This document shows positions 47,695-56,475 of a stretch of 61,162 nt of DNA, piece after piece. The stretch is from a virus (lineage: Duplodnaviria; Caudoviricetes): the IMG/VR virus record IMGVR_UViG_3300017648_000001, positions 1-61,162 of that record; one strand, 5' to 3'. Position 1 is the first letter of the stretch. Each line of letters opens with the position of its first letter. Position numbers and translations under genes: made by a program. The notes below the pieces were generated by a model. It saw only the letters and a list, made by a program, of their open reading frames with translations, had not been told where the DNA came from and ran no database searches.

Positions 47695-47720
47695 CGAAAC
47701 CTTTTCGAAGTTCTTACGTA
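47695..47720 (+). promoter_or_regulatory. ECF (SigW-like) promoter upstream of the lipoprotein gene
   Basis: CGAAAC, 16 bp (CTTTT...), CGTA. Confidence 0.55.
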
Positions 47721-47825
47721 TTATTGCGTAAGGCTTCGCATACATATTTTAACGTAGGCGTTGCGGTAAAGTTTGGTAGTGTTGTAAGATTATAGTTGGA
47801 CATAATTGATAGGAGGTTTTTACTA

Positions 47826-48452
47826 ATGAAAAAGTTTTTAAGTTTTTTAGTGGTTGGATTACTTTCGATGATGATGATGGCGGCATGTGCAACGGATTCA
47901 GCGACGGATGAACTCGAAAAGAACGATGATAATAAAGCGGAAGCTAAGACGGGCGATGAATCGACACCAACGGAAGAAGAGAGCGCCGAGTCCGAGAAGG
48001 AAGAAGAAGCGAAAGCCGAAGACGTTTGGACGTATTATGAAAACGCTAAGTGGTCAGATGATTACAACGGATTAAAAATGGAAATCCAAAAGGCGGTCGT
48101 TACCGATAAGGCTCCGACAGTTGAGGATGAAAACGCAAACGCTTCGGCGGTTGGCGTAAAGTTTAGAATGGAAAATACGACTGACGGTAAGTTTACGTTT
48201 TATCCGGACCAAGCGGTACTTGTAACGTCAACTGGCGAACAAATCGATATGCCTGACATGTTTGTTTCGGATAATCTCGGTGGCGAGATCGATAAAGGCG
48301 TAATTAAAGAAGGTAATATTATCTGGTATCTCGAACGCGGTGAAGCGGAATCTATCGAATGGATTAAGCTATCATTTAGCGGACATCAAGGACCGGAAGA
48401 TGATTTCGAATCCGAAATTAAAGAATACGAGATCGAATTACAATTGAAATAG
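47826..48452 (+). CDS. Lipoprotein (DUF4352-like)
   Basis: MKKFL signal with a MAAC lipobox; acidic linker; Ig-like domain. Confidence 0.8.
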   Translation: MKKFLSFLVVGLLSMMMMAACATDSATDELEKNDDNKAEAKTGDESTPTEEESAESEKEEEAKAEDVWTYYENAKWSDDYNGLKMEIQKAVVTDKAPTVEDENANASAVGVKFRMENTTDGKFTFYPDQAVLVTSTGEQIDMPDMFVSDNLGGEIDKGVIKEGNIIWYLERGEAESIEWIKLSFSGHQGPEDDFESEIKEYEIELQLK

Positions 48453-48460
48453 TGAAAACG

Positions 48461-48496
48461 GGGCGCTCTGACTTTAACGGTCGGGCGCCATTTTTT
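48461..48496. terminator. Terminator between convergent genes
   Basis: GGCGCTC-T-GAC/GTCGGGCGCC stem plus T run. Confidence 0.65.
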
Positions 48497-48500
48497 GCGT

Positions 48501-48737
48501 TTATATATTGAAAAAATCATCGTAGTCTACATTCTTCTTCGTCAAATCCCTTAATGCTTTAACGATCTTTCGGGCATTCTTCATCGTTGGCGACACGTTA
48601 TCTATCTGACACAAACGACTGATCGTTGATTTACTAACTCCACTTTTCTTCGATAATTCCTGCTGAGATACTTCGTTTTCATCTAAAAACTTCGCTAATT
48701 TCGAACGATTCCTTTTACCTAAATTAATCCAATTCAA
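48501..48737 (-). CDS. XRE HTH regulator divergent from the ParM operon
   Basis: VSQQELSKKSGVSKSTISRLC. Confidence 0.85.
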   Translation of the reverse strand: MNWINLGKRNRSKLAKFLDENEVSQQELSKKSGVSKSTISRLCQIDNVSPTMKNARKIVKALRDLTKKNVDYDDFFNI

Positions 48738-48862
48738 CGATTTTCCTCTCCTTATATCTCTATTTATCCTCTAGCTTGGTCAATATTCCAAATTTTTAAA
48801 CTAAAAATAAATTCGAAAAATAGGAAACATAGACAAACGGTCACCCATATGATGTATCACAA

Positions 48863-48925
48863 CCGTTAAACAACGGCTAAACGAAAGGCCTAAACGTTAA
48901 ACGGTCGTTAAACGAATGTAAAACG
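48863..48925 (+). repeat. TAAAC(G) direct repeats (parC-like or operator)
   Basis: Copies at 48867, 48878, 48891, 48898, 48909 and a variant at 48920. Confidence 0.55.
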
Positions 48926-48936
48926 AGGTGGTACGT

Positions 48937-49755
48937 ATGGCACGAAAAATACTCGGCATTGACGCCGGCAACTATGAAACGAAAGTAGCGGTCGAAGGTT
49001 CCGTCTATAAGTTTCGAAGTTTGCTCGGTGAATGGCGCGAAAGGAATTTGAAGTCAACGTTCGGTGACGATATGGAGTACGTTTACGAGGGAAGGCGCGG
49101 TCTAGCCGGCGATATCGTTCAGTATGAATGCGACTTTATCCGTCAGAGATTCGGTGACACTAAAGCGCACGAGGACGCTAAGATTCGGATCTTGCTCGCG
49201 GTACACAAATACGGAAGCGACGTGAATGACATCGTCGTAGGACAGCCGATTAAATCTCATACGCCAGCGCAGAAAGAAGTGATTAAGACGATGCTACAAG
49301 GCGCTCATACGCTTACGGTGAACGACGTAGAGAAGACGTTTACTATTCGGAATATCGAAGTAGCTGCGGAGGGTGCCGTCGCTTATTGGGCGTATGAAGG
49401 GCTTGAGCAAGCGTTGCGTTTTATCGATATCGGCAGCGGAACGATTAACTTCGCATCCGTTCATAAAGGGCGCTTCGTCGACCGTGATTCCTTTACGGTA
49501 AGCTACGGAGTAGAGAGCGCAAGGACACGCGATTATACCGGTTTAGCGAGCGCCATTATCGCCGAATCATCTAAACGTTGGAAGGCGGACGATGTCGTCA
49601 GAGTATGCGGAGGAGTGGCCGAAGAACTAACGATTAGGCTAGCCGAATATTACGAAAATGTCGAAGTAATAAAGCCGTGGGATTTGGCGCCAGTTTATAC
49701 GAATGCTATCGGCTGTTACGAGTTAGCGAGGGTTTTATATGAGTCGCGTAAGTAA
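48937..49755 (+). CDS. ParM/StbA actin-like ATPase
   Basis: GIDAGNYETK, AEG, IDIGSGTIN, CGG and NAIG actin-fold motifs. Confidence 0.9.
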   Translation: MARKILGIDAGNYETKVAVEGSVYKFRSLLGEWRERNLKSTFGDDMEYVYEGRRGLAGDIVQYECDFIRQRFGDTKAHEDAKIRILLAVHKYGSDVNDIVVGQPIKSHTPAQKEVIKTMLQGAHTLTVNDVEKTFTIRNIEVAAEGAVAYWAYEGLEQALRFIDIGSGTINFASVHKGRFVDRDSFTVSYGVESARTRDYTGLASAIIAESSKRWKADDVVRVCGGVAEELTIRLAEYYENVEVIKPWDLAPVYTNAIGCYELARVLYESRK

Positions 49756-49948
49756 AGGCGTAAGTTTTAACGTTTCCGACGCATATGAGGCGAGACTATT
49801 CGAATACGCAATGACGCAAGGGGCGTTCAGTAAGTTAGTCAAGCGATTGATTGCGAAGGAGATGGAAGGCGGACAGGTGGCGGTTAAGCGTCCGGTTGTT
49901 GAGGATAGCGTGGCGCGTCCGATGGATGACGTAAGCAGCTTCGTTTGA
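49739..49948 (+). CDS. ParR-like ribbon-helix-helix adaptor
   Basis: VSFN...FSKLVKRLI; coupled to ParM. Confidence 0.65.
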   Translation: MSRVSKGVSFNVSDAYEARLFEYAMTQGAFSKLVKRLIAKEMEGGQVAVKRPVVEDSVARPMDDVSSFV

Positions 49949-50098
49949 ATTTGCTTTCTCATTCCGTTCCATTCCATTCTTTCGCTCTAAATAAAACCTT
50001 AGTCGCTTTCTTATTCGTATTGTCCACGCTGAATTACTTTAGTTACGGATACTTTAGTTTTTATTTTAGTTACTACTAACGTTAAGGAGACGATATTT

Positions 50099-50326
50099 AT
50101 GTTTAATTTACCGCCAGTTAGCCTGTTCGATTTATCACCGTCAATGACGATCGGATACGTTTTAGTCGCCGGAGTTGGAATCGTATGTATCAGCGCTAGT
50201 TTCTTAGAGCGCAAGCTGTTCGGAGGATCTCACGCTTACATCTTCGAATGGATTGACCGCCTACTTAAAATCGGATTGCCTGTCGCATATATCACGATCG
50301 TATGGCGTCTATTTAGCGGTCTGTGA
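50099..50326 (+). CDS. Small two-TM membrane protein
   Basis: Hydrophobic segments; AAGGAG RBS. Confidence 0.7.
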   Translation: MFNLPPVSLFDLSPSMTIGYVLVAGVGIVCISASFLERKLFGGSHAYIFEWIDRLLKIGLPVAYITIVWRLFSGL

Positions 50327-50335
50327 GGCGTTGAA

Positions 50336-51529
50336 ATGCTAACGGGTATAAAACGATTACTAACGAAATCGAACGCTCGTACGACGCTAATAAGCGCCTT
50401 TAATGCAGGCGGAATCTATCTATCGATGAAGAATAGCGGAGGCAAGGAAATACGACGATATCCGAAGATACATTCGGTTGAGCCTGGCGAAGAGTCTACG
50501 CGCTTTGTGTTTACGTTGCCGAACGGATTTGATCCGAAAGAGGTAGCGAAAAGGGAGTACGCCTTTAAGCAAGTGTTCGGTCGGTTTATCGAATTGAAAG
50601 GCGACTTGAAGCGTTACGTGCTGACGGTTTATAAGTCCGGAATGCCGACCGAATTTAAGTATCGTTACGACGAAATTAAGGAGGCGATAAGTCAGTCGAA
50701 GTTGCCGATCGTCTGCGGTAAAGATAGAAACGGTCAGCTCGTCGTTTATGACATGCGAGATATTCCGCATTTATTAATCGGAGGGGCGACCGGCTCGGGT
50801 AAATCGACTCAGTTGCGCCAACTATTAACGACGTTGATAATCGCTTTACCTCCGAAAAAACTCGAACTATATTTAGCGGATTTAAAGAAAGCGGAGTTTC
50901 ATATATTCCGTAATGTTGAGCACGTAAAGTCTAACGTAACTCTTACACGCCACGTCGAATCTATGCTCGATTATATTAGCGAAGAAATGGATCGACGAAG
51001 CGACCTTCTCGACGTATTTGGCGTAGCTCATATCGACGACTTGCCGACAGAACAACGTAAACCTTACATCGTTTGCTGTATCGATGAGTTCGTAATGTTA
51101 CGGAAGAATCAAGCGGTCATGGCGAAATTAATCGAACTCACTGCGCTAGGTCGTGCGCTTGGAATATTCGTAATATTATCGATGCAGCGACCGGTTAAAG
51201 ACGTTCTCGATACGACGATTCGTTCGAATCTTAATGTCGCAATGGGATTCCGCGTAAGGGACGCTATCGAGTCGCGCGTACTTAATACGCCAGGCTCCGA
51301 GAAGATTGACGTTCCTGGCCGATTCTATATGGATACGAACGGAATCATGTCGGAGGTACAGTCGCCGTTACTTAGCGTTGAGGAAGCGAAAAGGCTACTC
51401 GAACCGTTTAGAGTTGCGCCAACCGAGGCGAAAGATATTACGGAGATTACGAAAGGACCGGAATTAATAGAAGAAACGCCAATCTTCGGTCAATGGGAAA
51501 CGGAGGACGATAATAATGAAGAAACGTGA
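50336..51529 (+). CDS. FtsK/SpoIIIE-family ATPase
   Basis: PHLLIGGATGSGKS, CIDEF, GRALG and MQRP motifs. Confidence 0.93.
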   Translation: MLTGIKRLLTKSNARTTLISAFNAGGIYLSMKNSGGKEIRRYPKIHSVEPGEESTRFVFTLPNGFDPKEVAKREYAFKQVFGRFIELKGDLKRYVLTVYKSGMPTEFKYRYDEIKEAISQSKLPIVCGKDRNGQLVVYDMRDIPHLLIGGATGSGKSTQLRQLLTTLIIALPPKKLELYLADLKKAEFHIFRNVEHVKSNVTLTRHVESMLDYISEEMDRRSDLLDVFGVAHIDDLPTEQRKPYIVCCIDEFVMLRKNQAVMAKLIELTALGRALGIFVILSMQRPVKDVLDTTIRSNLNVAMGFRVRDAIESRVLNTPGSEKIDVPGRFYMDTNGIMSEVQSPLLSVEEAKRLLEPFRVAPTEAKDITEITKGPELIEETPIFGQWETEDDNNEET

Positions 51530-52130
51530 TCGAGCGATTATCGAAACGCTAGAATTATTTCGTGCGATGTCACGCGATCAGATAGCGGAATTATTTTACG
51601 GAAATTTAAAGAGTCCGACAACGAACGCCAACTTTGCGCTTAAACGTTTAAGGGACCGAGGTTATATAGAAGCGAATACCGAACGCCAACCTTACGTATA
51701 CTTTCCGAAGCCTGCTCGCATAAAGCAAGACGGACAGAAGGTCGACCACTTTCTAAAGATAGCGGACTTCTATCTGCAGCTTAAACGGGCAGGTGGCGCC
51801 ATTAAGTTTATCCACGTCGAACCGCAGTATATTGACGGAAAGATTCGGCCCGACATCTGCGTCATGTGGCAAGGCTCCGTATTCTTCGTCGAAATACAAA
51901 ACTCGCATTATACGCATAAAGTTATGGCGGAAAAGTTTCGGAGGTATCAGGCGTTCTATGATTCGGGCGAGTGGCGGGGGTTGCCGTTTCAAACAAAAAG
52001 CGCTCCGTTCCCTTTCGTATGGGTTGTCGCCGACCATAAGTATAAGATCGACGTAAAAGGATTCCGAGTGTTTCAATCGAAGGATGTGGCGGATTTATTA
52101 CGTCAGGTAGGAGCGAAAACTGGCGCTTGA
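51516..52130 (+). CDS. Replication-relaxation family protein
   Basis: wHTH followed by DHFL...RPD...FFVEIQ; canonical FtsK neighbour. Confidence 0.8.
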   Translation: MKKRDRAIIETLELFRAMSRDQIAELFYGNLKSPTTNANFALKRLRDRGYIEANTERQPYVYFPKPARIKQDGQKVDHFLKIADFYLQLKRAGGAIKFIHVEPQYIDGKIRPDICVMWQGSVFFVEIQNSHYTHKVMAEKFRRYQAFYDSGEWRGLPFQTKSAPFPFVWVVADHKYKIDVKGFRVFQSKDVADLLRQVGAKTGA

Positions 52131-52156
52131 ATATCGAACGTATATTCGTATATAAT
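52127..52156 (+). promoter_or_regulatory. SOS promoter with a LexA box
   Basis: TTGAAT, 18 bp, TATAAT, enclosing CGAACGTATATTCG (one mismatch to GAAC-N4-GTTC). Confidence 0.65.
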
Positions 52157-52178
52157 AATCGTAAAAGATTCGAAAGGA

Positions 52179-52511
52179 TTGACGGAAATGATTAAAGACC
52201 GTGGCGCTAAGAAATGGACGGCGATGATGCTACCGGAGCATGTCGGGCTAGTCCGTAAATATTTCGCTGAGGATGGACGGATAGATCAACCGATACTTGA
52301 CGAATATGAGATCGAAGAAATAGAGTCGCGGATTCATTTCGCGATGGAAACGGGCGATGCGTTGGAGTTTAGATATTGGCGAGATGGATTCGTAGATAGC
52401 GTGGTCGGGCGCGTACATTACGTGGATGCGATTACGAAGGAGCTTCGGATAGTTGAGGATGGCGGAAGTGTGGTGCGGTTAAAGTTTAGCGAGTTGACCG
52501 GAGTTAAGTAG
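52179..52511 (+). CDS. YolD-like protein
   Basis: DRGAKKWTAMMLPEH signature. Confidence 0.88.
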   Translation: MTEMIKDRGAKKWTAMMLPEHVGLVRKYFAEDGRIDQPILDEYEIEEIESRIHFAMETGDALEFRYWRDGFVDSVVGRVHYVDAITKELRIVEDGGSVVRLKFSELTGVK

Positions 52512-52512
52512 T

Positions 52513-52560
52513 GTGTATAGGGTGTGTGGTTTAATCAATATAATCGCAGACCATCTACAC
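52513..52560. other. Candidate attP
   Basis: Imperfect 19-bp inverted arms GTGTATAGGGTGTGTGGTT / AATCGCAGACCATCTACAC centred on CA 52536-52537, next to the integrase 3' end. Confidence 0.6.
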
Positions 52561-52689
52561 TATTTTCAACGATTAGAAATATAAACGACGACAAGTTTCG
52601 ATATTACATTTTGACTCATAAGTCTGAAATTTTTCAAGCGCTTAGAACGTTTTTTCCGAAATAAAAAGAAGGCTGATTTCCTGGCCTTC

Positions 52690-54237
52690 TTAAATTCTCG
52701 GATACAGTTGTATGACAAACTGGTCGCGTTTGGTCCATTCTTTTCGTCTGAGATATGTCGCCTTATCTAATACAGCTTTCAACAATCGATTCTTACTTTC
52801 GATATCTGCGAGATCATATTCGCTAATAACCGTTTGCAATTGAGGCAGTAATTCATTAACGCTATTTTGGCGAATCTCTTCTTTTTGAATCTCACTTGAA
52901 ATATTTTTAATTTCATCTTTTAATCCGTTGATGCGGTTTGTTAAATTCTGCTGGCGTTCTAAAAACGTATCTACATCGTAAACTCCTCGTTCAAGCAAAT
53001 CATGTAAATTGCTTTTCTGTTCTTCTAATTTTTCTACCTCTTCTTCCTTATTTTCAATTACCTTTTTCTTATATTGCGAATCGTCCCCGTTATTTAATAC
53101 TGGAGCTTCCGTCATAATTTCGAGTTCTGCAGCAAACTGCTTTAGTCCGTCGATAACACGCTGTTCAACTAAATTCAAAGCTGACCCTTTTTGCACGCCT
53201 TTACATCCTGGATTGTTACAGCGAATGACGTCGTTAGGACGATCTGGTCGAGGTTGATAAAGCATAGAATAACCGCATACTTCACACTTCAAGACACCGG
53301 CTAGCGGATTCGATAACGTTTTATCAGTGACGGTAGAATGGCGCCATCGCCCGGAGTGCGCTCGATTTGCGGCATCGAATAGTTCGCGTGACACAATCGG
53401 ATCGTGTGCGCCTTCTTTTATCGTCCATTTGTCGCGTGGCATTTTCTTTTTGGTATACTTCCCGTCTCTTTTCGAATAACGGACTTGTCCCCAAATGATG
53501 TTACCGATATAAACTTCGTTTTTAATAATTGACGTAATACTGCTCGGTGCCCAATTTTTACGTTTATTATTAGGAGGTTTTACGCCTAGACGGTCGAGTT
53601 CATTTGCGACGGCTTGTCTTCCGTGTCCGTCTCGCATCATTTCGAACATTTTCTTTACGACCCACGCGGTTTCTGGATCGGGGTATAGCCGTAAGTTTTC
53701 ATCACGTAAATATCCGTATGGCGGTTTTTTACTTATCGACTTACCTTCGCCTGCAGATGCGGCCCGACCTCGTTGCATACGGCGAGTTATTGCCTTTAAT
53801 TCTTCGCGTGCAACTAACGACTTAATTCCGAAGACCAACTCCCACGTTTCTGATTCCGGATCATATACTTCGGTAGGAGTTAGTATTTTTGCGCCTGAGT
53901 ACCGGAAAGCGCGATCGAGGAGTCCTTGATCGAGCATATCGCCACGTCCGAGACGATCGAGGTCCATTACAAGCACACCGTCTACGTTATTAACTTCTAT
54001 ATCTCGGAGCATCGCTTGTATTTCCGGACGTTCCGATATAGACTCTCCGGACACAACCTCTTCGTATATGTTTGCGATATTATGATTCTCTTTTTTAGCT
54101 ACCGCGAAAAGTGTGCGACGATGGCGATCGAGTGTGTCGTAAGTTTCTCCGTTTTCGCTCGCTTTCTTTTCTTCTTCAAGGTCTTTTCGACTTTTACGTA
54201 AATATATATTAATAGTAAGACCGTTAGGACGGCTCAT
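52690..54237 (-). CDS. Large serine recombinase (integrase)
   Basis: YLRKS catalytic Ser, DRLGR, PPYGY, zinc ribbon CEVC...CKG, coiled coil. Confidence 0.96.
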   Translation of the reverse strand: MSRPNGLTINIYLRKSRKDLEEEKKASENGETYDTLDRHRRTLFAVAKKENHNIANIYEEVVSGESISERPEIQAMLRDIEVNNVDGVLVMDLDRLGRGDMLDQGLLDRAFRYSGAKILTPTEVYDPESETWELVFGIKSLVAREELKAITRRMQRGRAASAGEGKSISKKPPYGYLRDENLRLYPDPETAWVVKKMFEMMRDGHGRQAVANELDRLGVKPPNNKRKNWAPSSITSIIKNEVYIGNIIWGQVRYSKRDGKYTKKKMPRDKWTIKEGAHDPIVSRELFDAANRAHSGRWRHSTVTDKTLSNPLAGVLKCEVCGYSMLYQPRPDRPNDVIRCNNPGCKGVQKGSALNLVEQRVIDGLKQFAAELEIMTEAPVLNNGDDSQYKKKVIENKEEEVEKLEEQKSNLHDLLERGVYDVDTFLERQQNLTNRINGLKDEIKNISSEIQKEEIRQNSVNELLPQLQTVISEYDLADIESKNRLLKAVLDKATYLRRKEWTKRDQFVIQLYPRI

Positions 54238-54299
54238 GTACAATCACCTCTACACGAATTATAACCGACTATACACAAAAATGTAAATTCGTTATTCTT

Positions 54300-54324
54300 G
54301 TCCGAAAATACAAGTCCTTGCGTC
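54300..54324 (+). promoter_or_regulatory. Phage-sigma promoter motif (copy 3)
   Basis: GTCCGAAA-N11-TGCGTC. Confidence 0.7.
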
Positions 54325-54347
54325 AATCTAAGTGAGGAGTGATTAAC

Positions 54348-54530
54348 GTGAAAGAGTTTACATTCGGAAATACGACGGTGGTTATTCATTCTCCGTTAGC
54401 AAGCATGACATCCGATGAGAGGCGTGAATGGTACCGTACCGAGCAGACGAAAGGGAACGCCGTATTAAAAGAAATTTCGCAAGCGGTAAACGACAGCTAC
54501 ATAAAGCGGATGACAAACGTTGCGAAATAG
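54348..54530 (+). CDS. Probable recombination directionality factor
   Basis: 60-aa gene divergent from the integrase with its own phage promoter; function inferred from position. Confidence 0.5.
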   Translation: MKEFTFGNTTVVIHSPLASMTSDERREWYRTEQTKGNAVLKEISQAVNDSYIKRMTNVAK

Positions 54531-54572
54531 GCGACGTTATTTTTTTTTTTGCGAAAAAGTTCTTACGAAAGT

Positions 54573-54597
54573 GTCCGAAATTACGAAGTGATGCGTC
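54573..54597 (+). promoter_or_regulatory. Phage-sigma promoter motif (copy 4)
   Basis: GTCCGAAA-N11-TGCGTC. Confidence 0.7.
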
Positions 54598-54642
54598 CTA
54601 ATAAGTGTAAGGCGAAAATCACTCGGAAAGGAGCGTAATAGA

Positions 54643-55035
54643 TTGACTGAAAATAAACTAATCTCCATCGAAGCCCAACACGAATATAACGTAACATCCG
54701 GCAAGTCCGAATCGCGCATCTTCGTTAAGATGTACGTTGACGCCGTAAAGTCCGGACTCATCGCAGACCTCGGACCCGAACGATGGCAAACGTTATGCGT
54801 GCTAGCGTCGTTTATGGACGCAAATGGCGAATGTTATCCGACTCAGGACCGAATAGCAGCAGCGCTAAAAATACGGCGAGAAACGGCTAATAGACGCGTC
54901 AAATCGCTATGTGATTATCGGTGGGAAGGGCGTCCGTTAGTCGTAAAGAAGCAGTCGAGGGACTTCGAAAGTCAGACGTTTAATAACGTAAGGTATACGA
55001 TCATGCCGATAAGTCAGCTGGCGATATTCGACTAG
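54643..55035 (+). CDS. wHTH replication initiator-like protein
   Basis: GECYPTQDRIAAALKIRRETANRRV HTH; iterons directly downstream. Confidence 0.75.
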   Translation: MTENKLISIEAQHEYNVTSGKSESRIFVKMYVDAVKSGLIADLGPERWQTLCVLASFMDANGECYPTQDRIAAALKIRRETANRRVKSLCDYRWEGRPLVVKKQSRDFESQTFNNVRYTIMPISQLAIFD

Positions 55036-55037
55036 GT

Positions 55038-55140
55038 GTGACGCGGACATCACTAGGTATGTGACGCTGACGTCAATTAGTGAGTGACGCGTACGTAACA
55101 CAAACTAGAACCAAGAACTAGAACCAATAAACAAGATTAA
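55038..55140. repeat. Probable replication origin: three 16-bp iterons plus 13-bp-period AT-rich repeats
   Basis: GTGACGC-type units at 55038, 55061 and 55084 (23-bp period); AACTAGAACCAA at 55103 and 55116. Confidence 0.7.
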
Positions 55141-55291
55141 AACATTACGCCTAAATAAAATACATTTAGTCGTTGTGGTTATTATCGTTAAGTAATTTAT
55201 CGGTAAAAACATAGTCGATTATACGTAAGTATAAGAGACAAAGTTTTTAATAAATAACTAAAGAAATTTACGAAGTAAGGGGGACATAGAA

Positions 55292-55498
55292 ATGGAACGG
55301 ATAACACAATTACAAAACTTAAACGACAAACTTTATAGAGTGGTTGAAATCCTTAAAAGAAAACAAAAAGACAAAGAATTATTAACAATTCAAGCTTATA
55401 TAGTTGAAGAAATTGCTGATGAAATGAGAAACCTCTTGAGTAATTCCGACAACGGTATAAGTCATATACACGATTATTCTGAATCTGATATGGATTAG
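55292..55498 (+). CDS. Hypothetical protein (AT-rich cassette C)
   Basis: RBS; composition; left flanking site. Confidence 0.6.
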   Translation: MERITQLQNLNDKLYRVVEILKRKQKDKELLTIQAYIVEEIADEMRNLLSNSDNGISHIHDYSESDMD

Positions 55499-55655
55499 TT
55501 AACTTTTTGCTTACCAACAAGCAGCGGAGCGAGCACGTAGTAATCTTAAACGCTAACGTCGATTCTGAGCCGAGTTTTAACGAAAATAGTCTACGTATAT
55601 CAAACGGAAATTATTAACGAATGTATTTATACCTAAACGAAAGGAGCACGATAGT

Positions 55656-56072
55656 ATGACGAGTAAAACGAAAGCTAGCGACTGGCGCAACCGTCCGATC
55701 GACGAATGGAATGTCGCCACCTTTACCGCCTATCTAACCGAACGCCACCTCGAAGTCTACGGAACGGAATATCTTCCGCCTGGACGAAACTGGCGCATGG
55801 AGCAAGGACTTATCGGCAACCTCATCGGCACTCGCGGAAAAACCCCTAAGCCGCGTAAATACGAGCCGGCGGTGGTCAAGGCGTTTATCGACGAATGTTT
55901 TCGAATCCATCGCACGAGTCCGCAGTATCCTACCGTAAATTTTACGTGGCTGTACAAATGGAAGACGGACGTGTGGGCGAGAGTTGTGGCGGAGGAACAA
56001 GCGAAGGCGAGGCGGTCAGAAGCCGTCGAATCGGTCGGTATGTCAGCGGAAGAGTTGAGCGATTGGTTATAG
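55656..56072 (+). CDS. Hypothetical replication-associated protein
   Basis: AAAGGAG RBS; lies between origin and loader. Confidence 0.7.
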   Translation: MTSKTKASDWRNRPIDEWNVATFTAYLTERHLEVYGTEYLPPGRNWRMEQGLIGNLIGTRGKTPKPRKYEPAVVKAFIDECFRIHRTSPQYPTVNFTWLYKWKTDVWARVVAEEQAKARRSEAVESVGMSAEELSDWL

Positions 56073-56113
56073 ACGTGGTAGACAAAAAAGCGAAGTAAAG
56101 GAGATGTGTAAAA

Positions 56114-56428
56114 ATGGACGATAAAAAACGTTTGAAAGAGATTAAAGAGTCATATTCAAATTGTATTGATATGGCTTTATCAGATGGTGAAACTTTACCA
56201 AGCTACGACATAGAGGTTGCTGATTTGAATTACCTTATTCAACAAGCAGAAAAACTAGAACAGCTAAAGGAAGTTATAGCTAGAAATTTAACTGCTTGGG
56301 ATACATCTAAAGATAAATCACAAGGGTTACTTCCAGAAGTATATTACGCAAATAAAATCTGGTACAAACGTTTAACTGGCGAGGCTTATGTTTTCGGTAA
56401 AGCAGTTAAAAAGTTCAATATAGAATAA
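56114..56428 (+). CDS. Hypothetical protein (AT-rich cassette D)
   Basis: RBS; composition; flanking sites. Confidence 0.65.
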   Translation: MDDKKRLKEIKESYSNCIDMALSDGETLPSYDIEVADLNYLIQQAEKLEQLKEVIARNLTAWDTSKDKSQGLLPEVYYANKIWYKRLTGEAYVFGKAVKKFNIE

Positions 56429-56475
56429 TTCGCTTTTCGCTAATATAACGAAATAAAACCGAAAGGAGTTTTCGA

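Noticed and set aside
54540-54550. T11 homopolymer as a phase-variation tract
   Set aside because: Intergenic, after a short hairpin; more simply a terminator tail
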